Below are positions 1 to 9,798 of a stretch of DNA of 64,000 nucleotides, in pieces; the stretch's first letter is position 1; each line of letters starts with the position of its first letter. The notes under the pieces are model-generated. The model made no database searches. It had not been told where the DNA came from and saw nothing but the letters and a program-made list of their open reading frames with translations. The translations under genes and the position numbers were made by a program. The stretch covers positions 7,456 to 71,455 of the forward strand of contig CAZDBX010000001.1 of the NCBI GenBank assembly GCA_964503805.1, in the 5' to 3' direction. Source of the DNA: an uncultured Lentimicrobium sp. GTDB lineage: Bacteria > Bacteroidota > Bacteroidia > Bacteroidales > Lentimicrobiaceae.

Positions 1-638
1 TCTCGGATAAACTGTTCACTGTCTTTCCAGGTAAAATGCCGGAAGCTGTATCCCGGCTTTTGCCTGACCCAGTCTGCGATTTTCCAGAATCGCTCCGGAA
101 AAGGTTTGGTGATATCAAGGTGATTGGTTACCTGCTCAAAGTAAGGTCTGAAACCATAACTTTCAAAAAAGTCCTTGTAGTAAGGATGGTGATAATTCAT
201 CCCGAAACTTTGCGGCATAAATCCTTCGACCAGCAGTCCCCAGAAGTTATCGTTCTCTCCGAAGTTGATGGGGCCATCCATGGCCTCCATGCCTTTTTCC
301 TTCAGCCAGGCCTTGCAGGTATCAAATAAAAGGAACGCAGCGTCCTTATTGTTGACACATTCAAAAAAGCCCATTCCACCGGTGGGTTGGTCGAAATTAA
401 AAGCCTTTTTCCTGTTGATGAATGCTGCTACCCTTCCGATTGCCTTGTTGTGATCATCAAAGAGTATCCACCGGATGGCTTCGCCATGGGCAAAAAAAAC
501 ATTCACCCCGGGATCAAATACCGCTTCAACCATATTATCAAGCGGGCAAATCCAGTTTTCATCACCTTTGTAGATATCTCTTGCAACATCCAGAAAAACC
601 CGGGCTGTTGATTTATCGGTAACTTCTTTCAGAACCAT
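1..638 (-). CDS. YghO-like GNAT N-acetyltransferase family protein (3' end runs off the window; not in the ORF track)
   Basis: Manual minus-strand translation from ATG at 638: MVLKEVTDKSTARVFLDVARDIYKGDENWICPLD...GRVAAFIN...GGMGFFEC...MDGPINFGENDNFWGLLVEGF...MNYHHPYY. The frame stays open to position 1. A -7 element TACCTTTG lies on the minus strand at 668-675. Confidence 0.75.
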   Translation of the reverse strand, partial: MVLKEVTDKSTARVFLDVARDIYKGDENWICPLDNMVEAVFDPGVNVFFAHGEAIRWILFDDHNKAIGRVAAFINRKKAFNFDQPTGGMGFFECVNNKDAAFLLFDTCKAWLKEKGMEAMDGPINFGENDNFWGLLVEGFMPQSFGMNYHHPYYKDFFESYGFRPYFEQVTNHLDITKPFPERFWKIADWVRQKPGYSFRHFTWKDSEQFIR

Positions 639-791
639 GACTGTAGAATTTGATCATTAGAAACAGGCAAAGGTAAGGAGAATTGAAAATCCACACTCCC
701 CGACGGATAATTATTGCACGCACTACGATTTCAGGTGTTTTTACGATATAATGGCACAATTCCTTACTTTTGCACGAAACAGCCGCTTGTA

Positions 792-2252
792 GTGAAGAAA
801 CTCTATATTCTGATACTCCGGTCCTATCTGGGTCCGCTGATCCTTACCTTTTTCATTGCCCTGTTCATTCTGGTCATGCAGTTTCTGTGGAAATACATCG
901 ACGACCTTGTTGGCAAAGGGCTTCAATGGCAGGTGATCGGAGAGCTGCTTTTTTACGCGTCCACCACCTTTGTGCCGCTGGCGCTTCCCCTGGCAATACT
1001 TTTATCTTCGCTGATGACCTTCGGCAACCTGGGAGAACGCTATGAACTGGTTGCCATCAAGTCGGCGGGCATAAGTCTGCGGACGGTGATGAAACCGCTG
1101 GTGATCCTTTCTGTACTGATCAGCATATTTGCTTTCTTTTTTTCAAACAATATCTTACCTGTTACCAACCTGAAGTTCAAATCCATTCTTTATGACGTAA
1201 GGCAGCAAAAGCTGGCGCTCAACATCCGCGAAGGCATCTTCTACAACGGGATAGAAGGCTACACCATGCGGATTGGAATAAAAGAAAAAGACGGGGTTAC
1301 TATCCGGGATATTATGATTTATGATCATACATCCCGAATGGGCAACACCACGGTTACCCGGGCGGAATGGGGGCGTATGGAACAGAGTGCTGACGGGGCC
1401 ACCCTCGACCTGACGCTCTACAACGGGTATAATTATGATGAAAAGACTGATCGCAGGAATGAAAGAAACAGGCCTTTTCAGCGCACCTATTTCGCTGAAC
1501 AATACAGGCGTTTCGATCTGTCGGATTTTAAAATGATGCGGACAAACGAGGAACTGTTCAGGAACCATTATCAGATGCTCAACCTGAAACAACTTACTCA
1601 GGCAGAGGATTCGCTTTTGAGGGAGACTGACATGCGGTTATCAGGCCTGCTGAGATCCACTGAAATCAGTTATTCTTTTAACAACCAGCTTGACTCAGCA
1701 TATATGAGCCAAATTCCTGACACCCTGAAGCCTGGCAACAGACTACCAGTACTTAGCGGTCTCGACAAAACAGCGACACTTCAGGTTTATGAGCTTGCCC
1801 TGAATGCAGCCAGAAACACCCGGAGCAACATTGAGTTCAATAAAGCCGACATCGAGGCGAGGATGGTGCTGATCAGAAAACACCAGGTAGAGTGGCACCG
1901 GAAATTCACCCTCTCCATTGCCTGCCTGGTCCTGTTTTTTATCGGGGCTCCGCTGGGAGCTATTATCCGGAAAGGCGGGCTGGGACTTCCACTGGTGATT
2001 TCTGTGGTCTTTTTCGTCATCTATCATGTAATCTCAATGACCGGCGAAAAATCGGTCAAAGCAGGAACCATGGATCCGCTCACCGGCATGTGGTTATCCT
2101 CGGTTGTGCTTCTTCCGTTGGGCATTATTCTGACCGTAAAGGCAACCACCGACTCCCCCCTGCTCGACCTTGATGCATGGAAAAGGTTATTTAATATATC
2201 CCGGAAACAAAACAGAATAAAAGCGCCTGAAAATAATTCCACTCCCCGATGA
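792..2252 (+). CDS. LptF/LptG (YjgP/YjgQ) family LPS export permease
   Basis: Three N-terminal TM helices, GNLGERYELVAIKSAGISL motif, large periplasmic domain, C-terminal HRKFTLSIACLVLFFIGAPLG. Start moved to GTG 792 because a TACTTTTG -7 element at 765-772 lies inside the ORF-track extension from 714. Confidence 0.85.
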   Translation: MKKLYILILRSYLGPLILTFFIALFILVMQFLWKYIDDLVGKGLQWQVIGELLFYASTTFVPLALPLAILLSSLMTFGNLGERYELVAIKSAGISLRTVMKPLVILSVLISIFAFFFSNNILPVTNLKFKSILYDVRQQKLALNIREGIFYNGIEGYTMRIGIKEKDGVTIRDIMIYDHTSRMGNTTVTRAEWGRMEQSADGATLDLTLYNGYNYDEKTDRRNERNRPFQRTYFAEQYRRFDLSDFKMMRTNEELFRNHYQMLNLKQLTQAEDSLLRETDMRLSGLLRSTEISYSFNNQLDSAYMSQIPDTLKPGNRLPVLSGLDKTATLQVYELALNAARNTRSNIEFNKADIEARMVLIRKHQVEWHRKFTLSIACLVLFFIGAPLGAIIRKGGLGLPLVISVVFFVIYHVISMTGEKSVKAGTMDPLTGMWLSSVVLLPLGIILTVKATTDSPLLDLDAWKRLFNISRKQNRIKAPENNSTPR

Positions 2253-3457
2253 ATATCCTGATGCTCTGCAACAAATCTCCATGGCCTCCGCTCGAAGGAG
2301 GGCCCATCGCAATGAATGCCATGGCAGAAGGGCTGGTGGATGCAGGACATACGGTAAAAGTCCTTGCCATTAACAGCAATAAATACAGCGTTGACCCGGA
2401 CCGGATTCCCCGGGATTACCGCGATAAAACACGGATAGAAACCGTTTATCTCGACCTTTCCGTTAAATGGCTTCCCGCGCTCAAATGCTTCCTCAGTGGC
2501 AAATCATACCATATGGAAAGATTTATTTCGCCGGCTTTTGCCAGAACACTGAAAGACATCTTAAGAAATGAAAAATTTGACATCATACAGTTTGAAACGC
2601 TTTTCACAACGCCCTATATTCCGCTGATCAGTTCCTATTCAAATGCCAGGCTGATACTGAGGGCCCACAACATCGAACACCTTATATGGCAGCGTATGGC
2701 AGATAACTGCCTGAATCCGCTTAAAAGATTTTACCTCCGTCACCTGGCCAGAACACTCAGGGAATACGAACTTTCCACACTCTCAACCCTTCACGGAATA
2801 GTTGCCATCACCGCCAAAGATGCTTTGTGGTTTCGCAGCCAGGCGCAGGGAGTTCCTGTAACCGATATCCCTTTCGGAATAAACCCCGGCACACAGCCGG
2901 ATGCAGAAAGCAGCATAAGCAACGGCAGCAGGAACGGTCTTTTTCACCTTGGATCCATGAACTGGCAGCCAAACCTGGAAGGGATACGCTGGTTTGTTAA
3001 GAAAGTCTGGCCGGAACTGCATAACCATTTCCCCGGATTGACGCTTCACCTGGCCGGCAGGGCCATGCCTGAATGGCTGGTAAAACTGAAGATGCCCGGA
3101 CTTTTTGTGGACGGGGAGGTTGAGGATGCTGCCGCTTATATGCAATCGCACGGCATTATGGTTGTCCCGCTTTTTTCAGGCAGCGGCATACGCATAAAAA
3201 TCATCGAAGGCATGCGGGCCGGTAAAACCATCATAACTACATCGGTTGGTGCAGAGGGCATTGATTATACAGACGGAAAGAATATTTTGATTGCCAATAA
3301 CAAAGAAGAGTTTATCCAGGCAGTAAGGCAATGCCAGGCCGATCCGGAGCTCGTGAAATTACTGGGGGCCAATGCCCGGGAACTTGTCATCAGCAGGCAT
3401 AACAACCGCCTGTTGATGGAAAAACTGACTGATTTTTATTCCGCCCTTCTTCCGTAA
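2249..3457 (+). CDS. Glycosyltransferase family 4 protein
   Basis: GT-B fold motifs: PWPPLEGG, AHNIEH, GSMNWQPN, GSGIRIKIIEGM...ITTSVGAEGI. ATGA overlap with the upstream permease gene. Confidence 0.85.
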   Translation: MNILMLCNKSPWPPLEGGPIAMNAMAEGLVDAGHTVKVLAINSNKYSVDPDRIPRDYRDKTRIETVYLDLSVKWLPALKCFLSGKSYHMERFISPAFARTLKDILRNEKFDIIQFETLFTTPYIPLISSYSNARLILRAHNIEHLIWQRMADNCLNPLKRFYLRHLARTLREYELSTLSTLHGIVAITAKDALWFRSQAQGVPVTDIPFGINPGTQPDAESSISNGSRNGLFHLGSMNWQPNLEGIRWFVKKVWPELHNHFPGLTLHLAGRAMPEWLVKLKMPGLFVDGEVEDAAAYMQSHGIMVVPLFSGSGIRIKIIEGMRAGKTIITTSVGAEGIDYTDGKNILIANNKEEFIQAVRQCQADPELVKLLGANARELVISRHNNRLLMEKLTDFYSALLP

Positions 3458-3649
3458 TCAAAATTATTACCTTTGCAGAAAGCCTGATAAATGCCGGGAA
3501 TAAATCACCAGATTACCGGTTCATCCTTCAGGCAGTACTTTCAGGCTGTAAAAGAAAAATACAGCCTGATATCCGTACCGGTGTTGTTTGGACATGAATC
3601 AACCGTTTCGGATATTTTAAGATATTTATTATCAGGCAGTTGACCGGGA

Positions 3650-4810
3650 ATGAAATTGATTGTTATTCTACCGCGCTTCCCTTATCCCACTGAAAAAGGG
3701 GATAAGTTAAGGGCTTTTAATCAGTTGAAGATATTATCGCGTCATCACAGCATATACCTGTGTGCGATCACTCATCAGAAAGTAGATGAATCTCAGCTTT
3801 CAGCGGTTAAGCCTTTTTGTAAGGAAATCAAGGTAATTCGTCAGGGGTGGTTTGCGGTTGCCTGGAACCTGACCAGGGCTTTATTCAGCGGCCTCCCTTT
3901 CCAGGCAGGTTATTATTATTCGGGCCGGGCGCATAATACCATCAGGCAGATTATTAATAAAGTTCAACCCGATCACATTTACTGCCAGTTACTCAGGACA
4001 GCGGCCTATGCCATGGAAGTAAGCATTCCGAAAACCATTGATTTTCAGGATGTTTTTTCAAAAGGCATTGAAAGGCGCATCCCCCTGGCCGGTATTTTCA
4101 TGAAGCCGGTGCTGAAGCTGGAATACAGGCGGTTATTAAAATATGAGACACTGATATTTGACAGTTTCGACAATAAAACCATCATCTCAAAGCCCGACCG
4201 TGATTTTATCCCCCATCCCGGCCGCGACCAGATACTGATTGTGCCCAACGGAGTGGATCATGAATATTTCAGACCGGAACAACGTGCGCAGACGCATGAA
4301 CTGATTTTTACGGGAAACATGGGCTACCCGCCCAACATCAACTGCGCGGAATATCTGGCTAAAAAGGTGCTGCCCATTATTCACAAGACTGCCCCGGGTG
4401 TCAGGATGATGCTAGCCGGCGCATCTCCACACAGCCGGGTAAGAGCGTTGGCGTCTGAATCTGTTACAGTTACAGGCTGGGTCGACGACCTGAGGGCATG
4501 TTATGCTTCAGCTACCATATTTCTGGCCCCAATGCAGATCGGTACCGGCCTGCAGAATAAATTACTGGAAGCGATGTCGATGCACCTGCCCTGTGTCACC
4601 TCTTCATTGTGTAATTTTGCACTGAATGCTCACCCGGGAAAAGAAATCCTGATCGGCGACACCCCGGAAGCCGTGGCCGAACATGTGCTGAATCTGCTCC
4701 GGGATGAAAATTACAGATACCAGATCGCAAAAGAAGGTTATAACTTTGTTCAGCGGAACTACAGTTGGGAAGGGGCAACCAGGGGATTGTTACAAATTCT
4801 GGGGTCATAA
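3650..4810 (+). CDS. Glycosyltransferase family 4 protein (TIGR03087-like sugar transferase)
   Basis: RFPYPTEKGDKLRAFN, VPNGVD, FTGNMGYPPN, GTGLQNKLLEAMSM motifs. Upstream TACCTTTG at 3468-3475. Confidence 0.85.
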   Translation: MKLIVILPRFPYPTEKGDKLRAFNQLKILSRHHSIYLCAITHQKVDESQLSAVKPFCKEIKVIRQGWFAVAWNLTRALFSGLPFQAGYYYSGRAHNTIRQIINKVQPDHIYCQLLRTAAYAMEVSIPKTIDFQDVFSKGIERRIPLAGIFMKPVLKLEYRRLLKYETLIFDSFDNKTIISKPDRDFIPHPGRDQILIVPNGVDHEYFRPEQRAQTHELIFTGNMGYPPNINCAEYLAKKVLPIIHKTAPGVRMMLAGASPHSRVRALASESVTVTGWVDDLRACYASATIFLAPMQIGTGLQNKLLEAMSMHLPCVTSSLCNFALNAHPGKEILIGDTPEAVAEHVLNLLRDENYRYQIAKEGYNFVQRNYSWEGATRGLLQILGS

Positions 4811-4955
4811 TCCGGAATCCTGTATATTAAAGTGGACATCCAACATCATCATTGACCTTTTAAATATTATCACAAACAGTAAAAGTCACATTTTATCCAT
4901 TGCACAGGCATTACAAACAAGGCAAAGGCTGATTAACAGAAACCAACAGGCAAAA

Positions 4956-7121
4956 ATGAACAAACCAGGATTTACCGGACTCCTTATTATTTTCTTCCTG
5001 ATGCTTGCAAGCCGGTTTATCTATGCCCAGGCCGGCCCCGAAGCAGTCAGAACACCGGTAAAAATTGAAACCAGAATAGAACAGGTTGCAGCTCTTGCTG
5101 ACGAATCACCGGATCAGGCGATTCCGCTGGCCGCTGAGTTGTTAAAACAACTAAATAAAAGCGAAGACAAACCTAACCGGGCCAAAGTACTGAAAACCCT
5201 GGGTGGTTCACATTACAACCTCGGCAACGACCGCCAGGCTTTGGAATATTATGAGCAGGCCCTGACTATATACCGGGAACTGGGGGACAAAACCGGCATA
5301 GGCAGCGTGCTGAACAATACCGGGTTAATCAGGGAAATACAAGGCGATTACAGCGGAGCACTCAAAAGGTATATAGAAGCGTCCTCACTCTTTACGGAAA
5401 CCCAGAAAGACAAATACCTTGCCCTCAGCCTGACGAATATAGGGAATGTTTATTATACGCTGGGGCGGTTCGACAGGGCACTTGAATACCTTACCCAGGC
5501 CCTGCGCATCAATGAAAAAGCAGAAGACAGCACAGGACTTTCCAAATCATACAACAACATCGGAAACGTTTATCTCAGTCTGAAAGATTACCAGATCGCC
5601 CTCGATTTTTACAACAAAGCGCTGGCGATCAATAAGAAAAGAAACAACCTTTACAGCCTATCAACCAGCTACAACAATATCGGTCTGGTATATCAGGGCT
5701 TAAAAAAAATAAATGAAGCCATTGAATACAACCGGCTTGCCCTGGAACTTTCAAGAAAAATCAATGATCAGAGCGGTGTCATCCACAGCCTGATTAATTC
5801 AGGAAATATATATTTCGACGAAAACAATATTGATCAGGCACTTATTTATTATCAGGAAGCATTGAGAATCTCGAATTCGAACAGGCAGGGATTCACCCAT
5901 GCAACCATTCTTCAAAATCTGGCCAGGCTCCGCACAAAGCAGAATTTAACAGACGAAGCGATTGCACTCTATAAAGAAGCCCTTGATTTTGCAGAAAAAT
6001 CCGGATCACTGATCCTTCTTGAAGATATTTATAACGGTCTGGCAGAAGCCTGGCAGAAAAAAGGCGATTATAAACGGGCTTATGATTATATGACCCTCTA
6101 CAAAGCTATCGCAGATAGTGCATACAACACGGAAAGCAACGAACGGCTTAACCGGCTGAGGGTCAGCTTTGAATCTGAGCAAACCGAACGCGACAATCAA
6201 CTGCTGCGCCAGCAGAACATCTATAGCCAGCTTGCTTTAAAACGTCAGCAGATTATCCGTAACCTGCTGATTATTATTTCAGTAATCGTAATTGTTTCAG
6301 CCATTTTCCTGTTTTCGCTTTACCAGTCGAAAAAACGTAAAAACATTCTGCTGGCTGAACGGAACGAGCAGATCATCAAACAAAAAGAGGAACTGAACCT
6401 GCTGTATAAAGAGCAGTACAAGCTGAATGAAACCAAGAATAAGTTCTTCAGCATTGTGGCCCACGACCTGAAATCCCCCTTTCAGTCAATCCTTGGATTT
6501 TCTGAATTGCTTTGCTCCGAATATGAGCATCTGGACGAAGCCCAGCGCCGGGATGCCGCCAACAACATCCTGAAAGTATCCGGTGACACCTTCCGGTTGA
6601 TTGAGAACCTGCTGGAGTGGGGGCGTTCCCAAACCGGCAGCGTATATGCCGTATTTAAAATCTTTAACATCAGAGAGCTGGTTGTCAAAACACTTCCGGT
6701 CTTCGAACCTCAGATACAGACCAAGAAAATCAGGCTGACCTACGACCTTCCGCCCCTGCTGAATGCATGGGCTGATCCGGATATGATCATGGCAGTGATA
6801 CGAAACCTGCTTTCCAACGCAATTAAATTCACCCCGATCGGGGGCGAAATACACCTGAATGCCACCATGACCAACGATGCCGTAAAGCTATCGGTAAAAG
6901 ACTCCGGCGAAGGCATCCCGCCGGATGTGATGGAGCACCTTTTTACCCTTGATCCCAAAGTGCAGCGTGCAGGAACCATGGGCGAACGGGGTACCGGTCT
7001 TGGCCTGACCCTGTGCCGTGAATTTATGGAACTTAACCATGGCATCATTAAGGTAGAGAGCGAGGCCGGCAAAGGAAGCACCTTCACCATCATTATGCAG
7101 CCCAAATACCACGCCGGCTGA
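4956..7121 (+). CDS. TPR-repeat sensor histidine kinase
   Basis: Signal peptide/TM (MNKPGF...AQA), about 7-8 TPR repeats (NNIGNVY-type), a TM helix, H-box FFSIVAHDLKSP, N-box RNLLSNAIKFT, DSGEGI and GTGLGL G-boxes. Start at ATG 4956 because the longer ORF overlaps the upstream GT gene. Confidence 0.9.
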   Translation: MNKPGFTGLLIIFFLMLASRFIYAQAGPEAVRTPVKIETRIEQVAALADESPDQAIPLAAELLKQLNKSEDKPNRAKVLKTLGGSHYNLGNDRQALEYYEQALTIYRELGDKTGIGSVLNNTGLIREIQGDYSGALKRYIEASSLFTETQKDKYLALSLTNIGNVYYTLGRFDRALEYLTQALRINEKAEDSTGLSKSYNNIGNVYLSLKDYQIALDFYNKALAINKKRNNLYSLSTSYNNIGLVYQGLKKINEAIEYNRLALELSRKINDQSGVIHSLINSGNIYFDENNIDQALIYYQEALRISNSNRQGFTHATILQNLARLRTKQNLTDEAIALYKEALDFAEKSGSLILLEDIYNGLAEAWQKKGDYKRAYDYMTLYKAIADSAYNTESNERLNRLRVSFESEQTERDNQLLRQQNIYSQLALKRQQIIRNLLIIISVIVIVSAIFLFSLYQSKKRKNILLAERNEQIIKQKEELNLLYKEQYKLNETKNKFFSIVAHDLKSPFQSILGFSELLCSEYEHLDEAQRRDAANNILKVSGDTFRLIENLLEWGRSQTGSVYAVFKIFNIRELVVKTLPVFEPQIQTKKIRLTYDLPPLLNAWADPDMIMAVIRNLLSNAIKFTPIGGEIHLNATMTNDAVKLSVKDSGEGIPPDVMEHLFTLDPKVQRAGTMGERGTGLGLTLCREFMELNHGIIKVESEAGKGSTFTIIMQPKYHAG

Positions 7122-7291
7122 AAGTTACAGCATCATTCTGTCATGCATCTCACACAAACAGCAGTTTTTTCCTGACACAGGTTTGCCCTGACGCAAGCCC
7201 TCAATACGGAACATTACACCAGGTTCCGCAGACGGTTTTTACACCCGCTTGAAAAAAATTCATAAGTTTGCCAAAACACAACAACATTCCC

Positions 7292-8968
7292 ATGTCAGAC
7301 GATAAAAAAATTATTTTCTCCATGGTTGGCGTCGGAAAGGTTATTCCACCCAACCGGCAGATACTGAAGGATATTTACCTCTCTTTTTTTTACGGCGCAA
7401 AAATCGGCATCATCGGATTGAACGGATCGGGTAAATCCAGTCTGCTGAAGATCATTGCCGGGCTGGATAAAAGTTACACCGGAGAGGTTGTTTACTCACC
7501 GGGATACGCTGTGGGCATTCTGATGCAGGAACCCGAACTGGATGAAACAAAAACGGTAAAGCATGTTGTGGAGGAAGGTGTTGCCGAAACCGTAGCGTTA
7601 CTGAAAGCTTATGAAGAAGTGAACAACCGTTTTGCCGAACCCATGAGCGATGATGAGATGAACGCCCTGATTGAGGAACAAGGCAGGCTTACCGAGTTGC
7701 TCGACCAGCATGACGCCTGGGAACTGGATGCCAAACTTGAGCGGGCCATGGATGCATTGCGTTGTCCGGATCCTGATCAGCCTGTAAAAACCCTGTCGGG
7801 TGGCGAACGCCGCCGGGTTGCCCTGTGCCGCCTGCTGTTACAGGAGCCTGATATTCTTTTGCTTGACGAGCCCACCAACCACCTCGATGCCGAAAGCATT
7901 GACTGGCTTGAACAGCATCTCAGACAATACAAAGGAACTGTTATTGCCGTTACCCACGACCGTTATTTCCTCGACAATGTTGCCGGCTGGATTCTTGAAC
8001 TCGACCGGGGGGAAGGCATTCCCTGGAAAGGCAACTATACTTCCTGGCTTGAGCAAAAATCGAACCGCCTCGCCATGGAAGAAAAAACCGAAAGCAAACG
8101 CCGGAAAACCCTTGAGCGCGAACTTGAATGGGTGCGGATGGCCCCCAAAGCACGGCATGCCAAATCGAAGGCCAGGCTGGCAGCCTACGAGCGCATGATG
8201 AGCGAAGATGTCAAGCAGAAAGAAGAAAAACTGGAGATCTTTATCCCGAATGGTCCAAGGCTCGGGAACAAAGTAATTGAAGCCAGAGGTATTTCCAAGG
8301 CATTCGGCGATAAATTGCTGTTCGAAAACCTTGACTTCAGCCTCCCCCCCGCCGGCATTGTCGGGATCATAGGGCCTAACGGCGCCGGTAAAACCACGCT
8401 GTTCAGGCTGATTATGGGGCTGGTGAATCCGGATTCCGGAGAGTTCTCGGTTGGTGAAACCGTAAAACTCGGGTATGTCGACCAGGCGCACACCGATATT
8501 GATCCCGAAAAATCGGTTTGGGAGGTGATCTCCGAAGGCAATGAGAACCTTCAGATCGGCGGCCGCCTGTTCAATTCAAGGGCGTATGTCGCCCGGTTCA
8601 ACTTCAGCGGGGCCGACCAGGGAAAAAAGGCAGGAGTGCTCTCAGGCGGGGAACGCAACAGGATGCATCTGGCGCTCACCCTGAGATCAGAAGCCAATGT
8701 GCTGCTGCTCGACGAGCCTACCAACGATATTGATGTAAACACCCTCCGTGCGCTGGAAGAAGGATTGGAAAATTTCGCCGGCTGTGCCGTCATCATCTCT
8801 CACGACCGCTGGTTCCTCGACCGTGTAGCCACCCATATCCTTGCTTTCGAGGGCGATTCGCAGGTTGCTTTCTTCGAGGGCGGATATACCGAGTATGAAG
8901 AAAACCGCAAAAAACGTCTGGGCAATGATACCCCGCACCGCATAAGGTATAAAAAACTTAAGGTTTAA
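7292..8968 (+). CDS. ettA: Energy-dependent translational throttle protein EttA (ABC-F ATPase)
   Basis: ILKDIYLSFFYGAKIGIIGLNGSGKS, two ABC cassettes (LSGGE, DEPTN), ELDRGEGIPWKGNYTSWLEQK and ELEWVR...KSKARL linker. Confidence 0.93.
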   Translation: MSDDKKIIFSMVGVGKVIPPNRQILKDIYLSFFYGAKIGIIGLNGSGKSSLLKIIAGLDKSYTGEVVYSPGYAVGILMQEPELDETKTVKHVVEEGVAETVALLKAYEEVNNRFAEPMSDDEMNALIEEQGRLTELLDQHDAWELDAKLERAMDALRCPDPDQPVKTLSGGERRRVALCRLLLQEPDILLLDEPTNHLDAESIDWLEQHLRQYKGTVIAVTHDRYFLDNVAGWILELDRGEGIPWKGNYTSWLEQKSNRLAMEEKTESKRRKTLERELEWVRMAPKARHAKSKARLAAYERMMSEDVKQKEEKLEIFIPNGPRLGNKVIEARGISKAFGDKLLFENLDFSLPPAGIVGIIGPNGAGKTTLFRLIMGLVNPDSGEFSVGETVKLGYVDQAHTDIDPEKSVWEVISEGNENLQIGGRLFNSRAYVARFNFSGADQGKKAGVLSGGERNRMHLALTLRSEANVLLLDEPTNDIDVNTLRALEEGLENFAGCAVIISHDRWFLDRVATHILAFEGDSQVAFFEGGYTEYEENRKKRLGNDTPHRIRYKKLKV

Positions 8969-8970
8969 TT

Positions 8971-9642
8971 ATGGATAATTCACTTTACGCGGTACTTACC
9001 GGCGACATCGTGAAATCATCCCGCATGTCGCCCGCAGACCTCCGACGGCTGCCGGAAGCATTGTCAACCATTTTCCAATCCATAGACCCCGTCTGCAAAC
9101 CTGCCGCATTTGCCACCCTTTTCAGCATCTTCAGGGGCGACAGCTTTCAGCTGATCTGCGAACCCGCATGCGCCCTGAAAGCCTGGCTGATTATCAGGGC
9201 AGGGTTGCGCAGCAATTACCCTGCTCCCCTGAGCAGATCGGTGGATGCCCGTATAGGCATCGCCATCGGAAAAGTAACTCACCTGGCCGGGAATATTACC
9301 GAAAGCAACGGAGAAGTCTTTAACCTTTCAGGACGCTTGCTTGAAGAACTTAAAGCTCCGCGCCTCACCGGTTTTGACTCCGGTAACAAGGAAACCAACC
9401 GTAACCTGAATGCCGGCCTGATGCTCGCCGATGACATCCTCCGCAGATGGACCACTACCCAGTGCCGGATTGTACCGCTTCTGCTTCAATCCACTAACCA
9501 ATCCGAAATAGCGAAAGCCACAAAAACAAAACAGCCCACTGTAACTGCAAAAATAAATGCGATGGGATGGAACGCCATCGAACATTGGATGAATTATTAC
9601 ATCACGTTAACAAATGAATCCGGGTCCTTTACAACCCCTTGA
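8971..9642 (+). CDS. SatD family protein (nucleotidyl-cyclase-like domain plus C-terminal HTH)
   Basis: YAVLTGDIVKSS, FRGDSFQ, DARIGIAIG, SNGEVFNLSGR, WTTTQ and NQSEIAK...QPTV...GW segments are typical of SatD-family proteins. Confidence 0.75.
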   Translation: MDNSLYAVLTGDIVKSSRMSPADLRRLPEALSTIFQSIDPVCKPAAFATLFSIFRGDSFQLICEPACALKAWLIIRAGLRSNYPAPLSRSVDARIGIAIGKVTHLAGNITESNGEVFNLSGRLLEELKAPRLTGFDSGNKETNRNLNAGLMLADDILRRWTTTQCRIVPLLLQSTNQSEIAKATKTKQPTVTAKINAMGWNAIEHWMNYYITLTNESGSFTTP

Positions 9643-9659
9643 AATCACAAAACCAGAGC

Positions 9660-9737
9660 ATAGCCCTGTAAGGCTATAAAGTAAATATATAGCCCTATAA
9701 GGCTATAAATTTTAATTATAGTCCTGTAAGGCTATAA
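9660..9737. repeat. Three palindromic direct repeats ATAG(C/T)C-CT(G/A)TAA-GGCTAT with a 29-bp period (putative operator array)
   Basis: Copies start at 9660 (ATAGCCCTGTAAGGCTAT), 9689 (ATAGCCCTATAAGGCTAT) and 9718 (ATAGTCCTGTAAGGCTAT). They are separated by 11-nt AT-rich linkers, and each is an inverted repeat around a 6-nt core. Confidence 0.9.
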
Positions 9738-9798
9738 TATGTCAAATATCCCGATTAACTAAATTTCGACCATTACCCTGCACTTAACAACTTTAGGA

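Noticed and set aside
4704-4955. Long N-terminal extensions in the ORF track (also 714, 17093, 26095, 34569, 50719, 58395)
   Set aside because: They overlap neighbouring genes or promoter elements and precede clear signal peptides or family N-termini; downstream starts were chosen.
9660-9737. Repeat array as a mini-CRISPR
   Set aside because: Repeats are 18-20 bp with 9-11 nt linkers, far too short for spacers, and there are no cas genes in the window.
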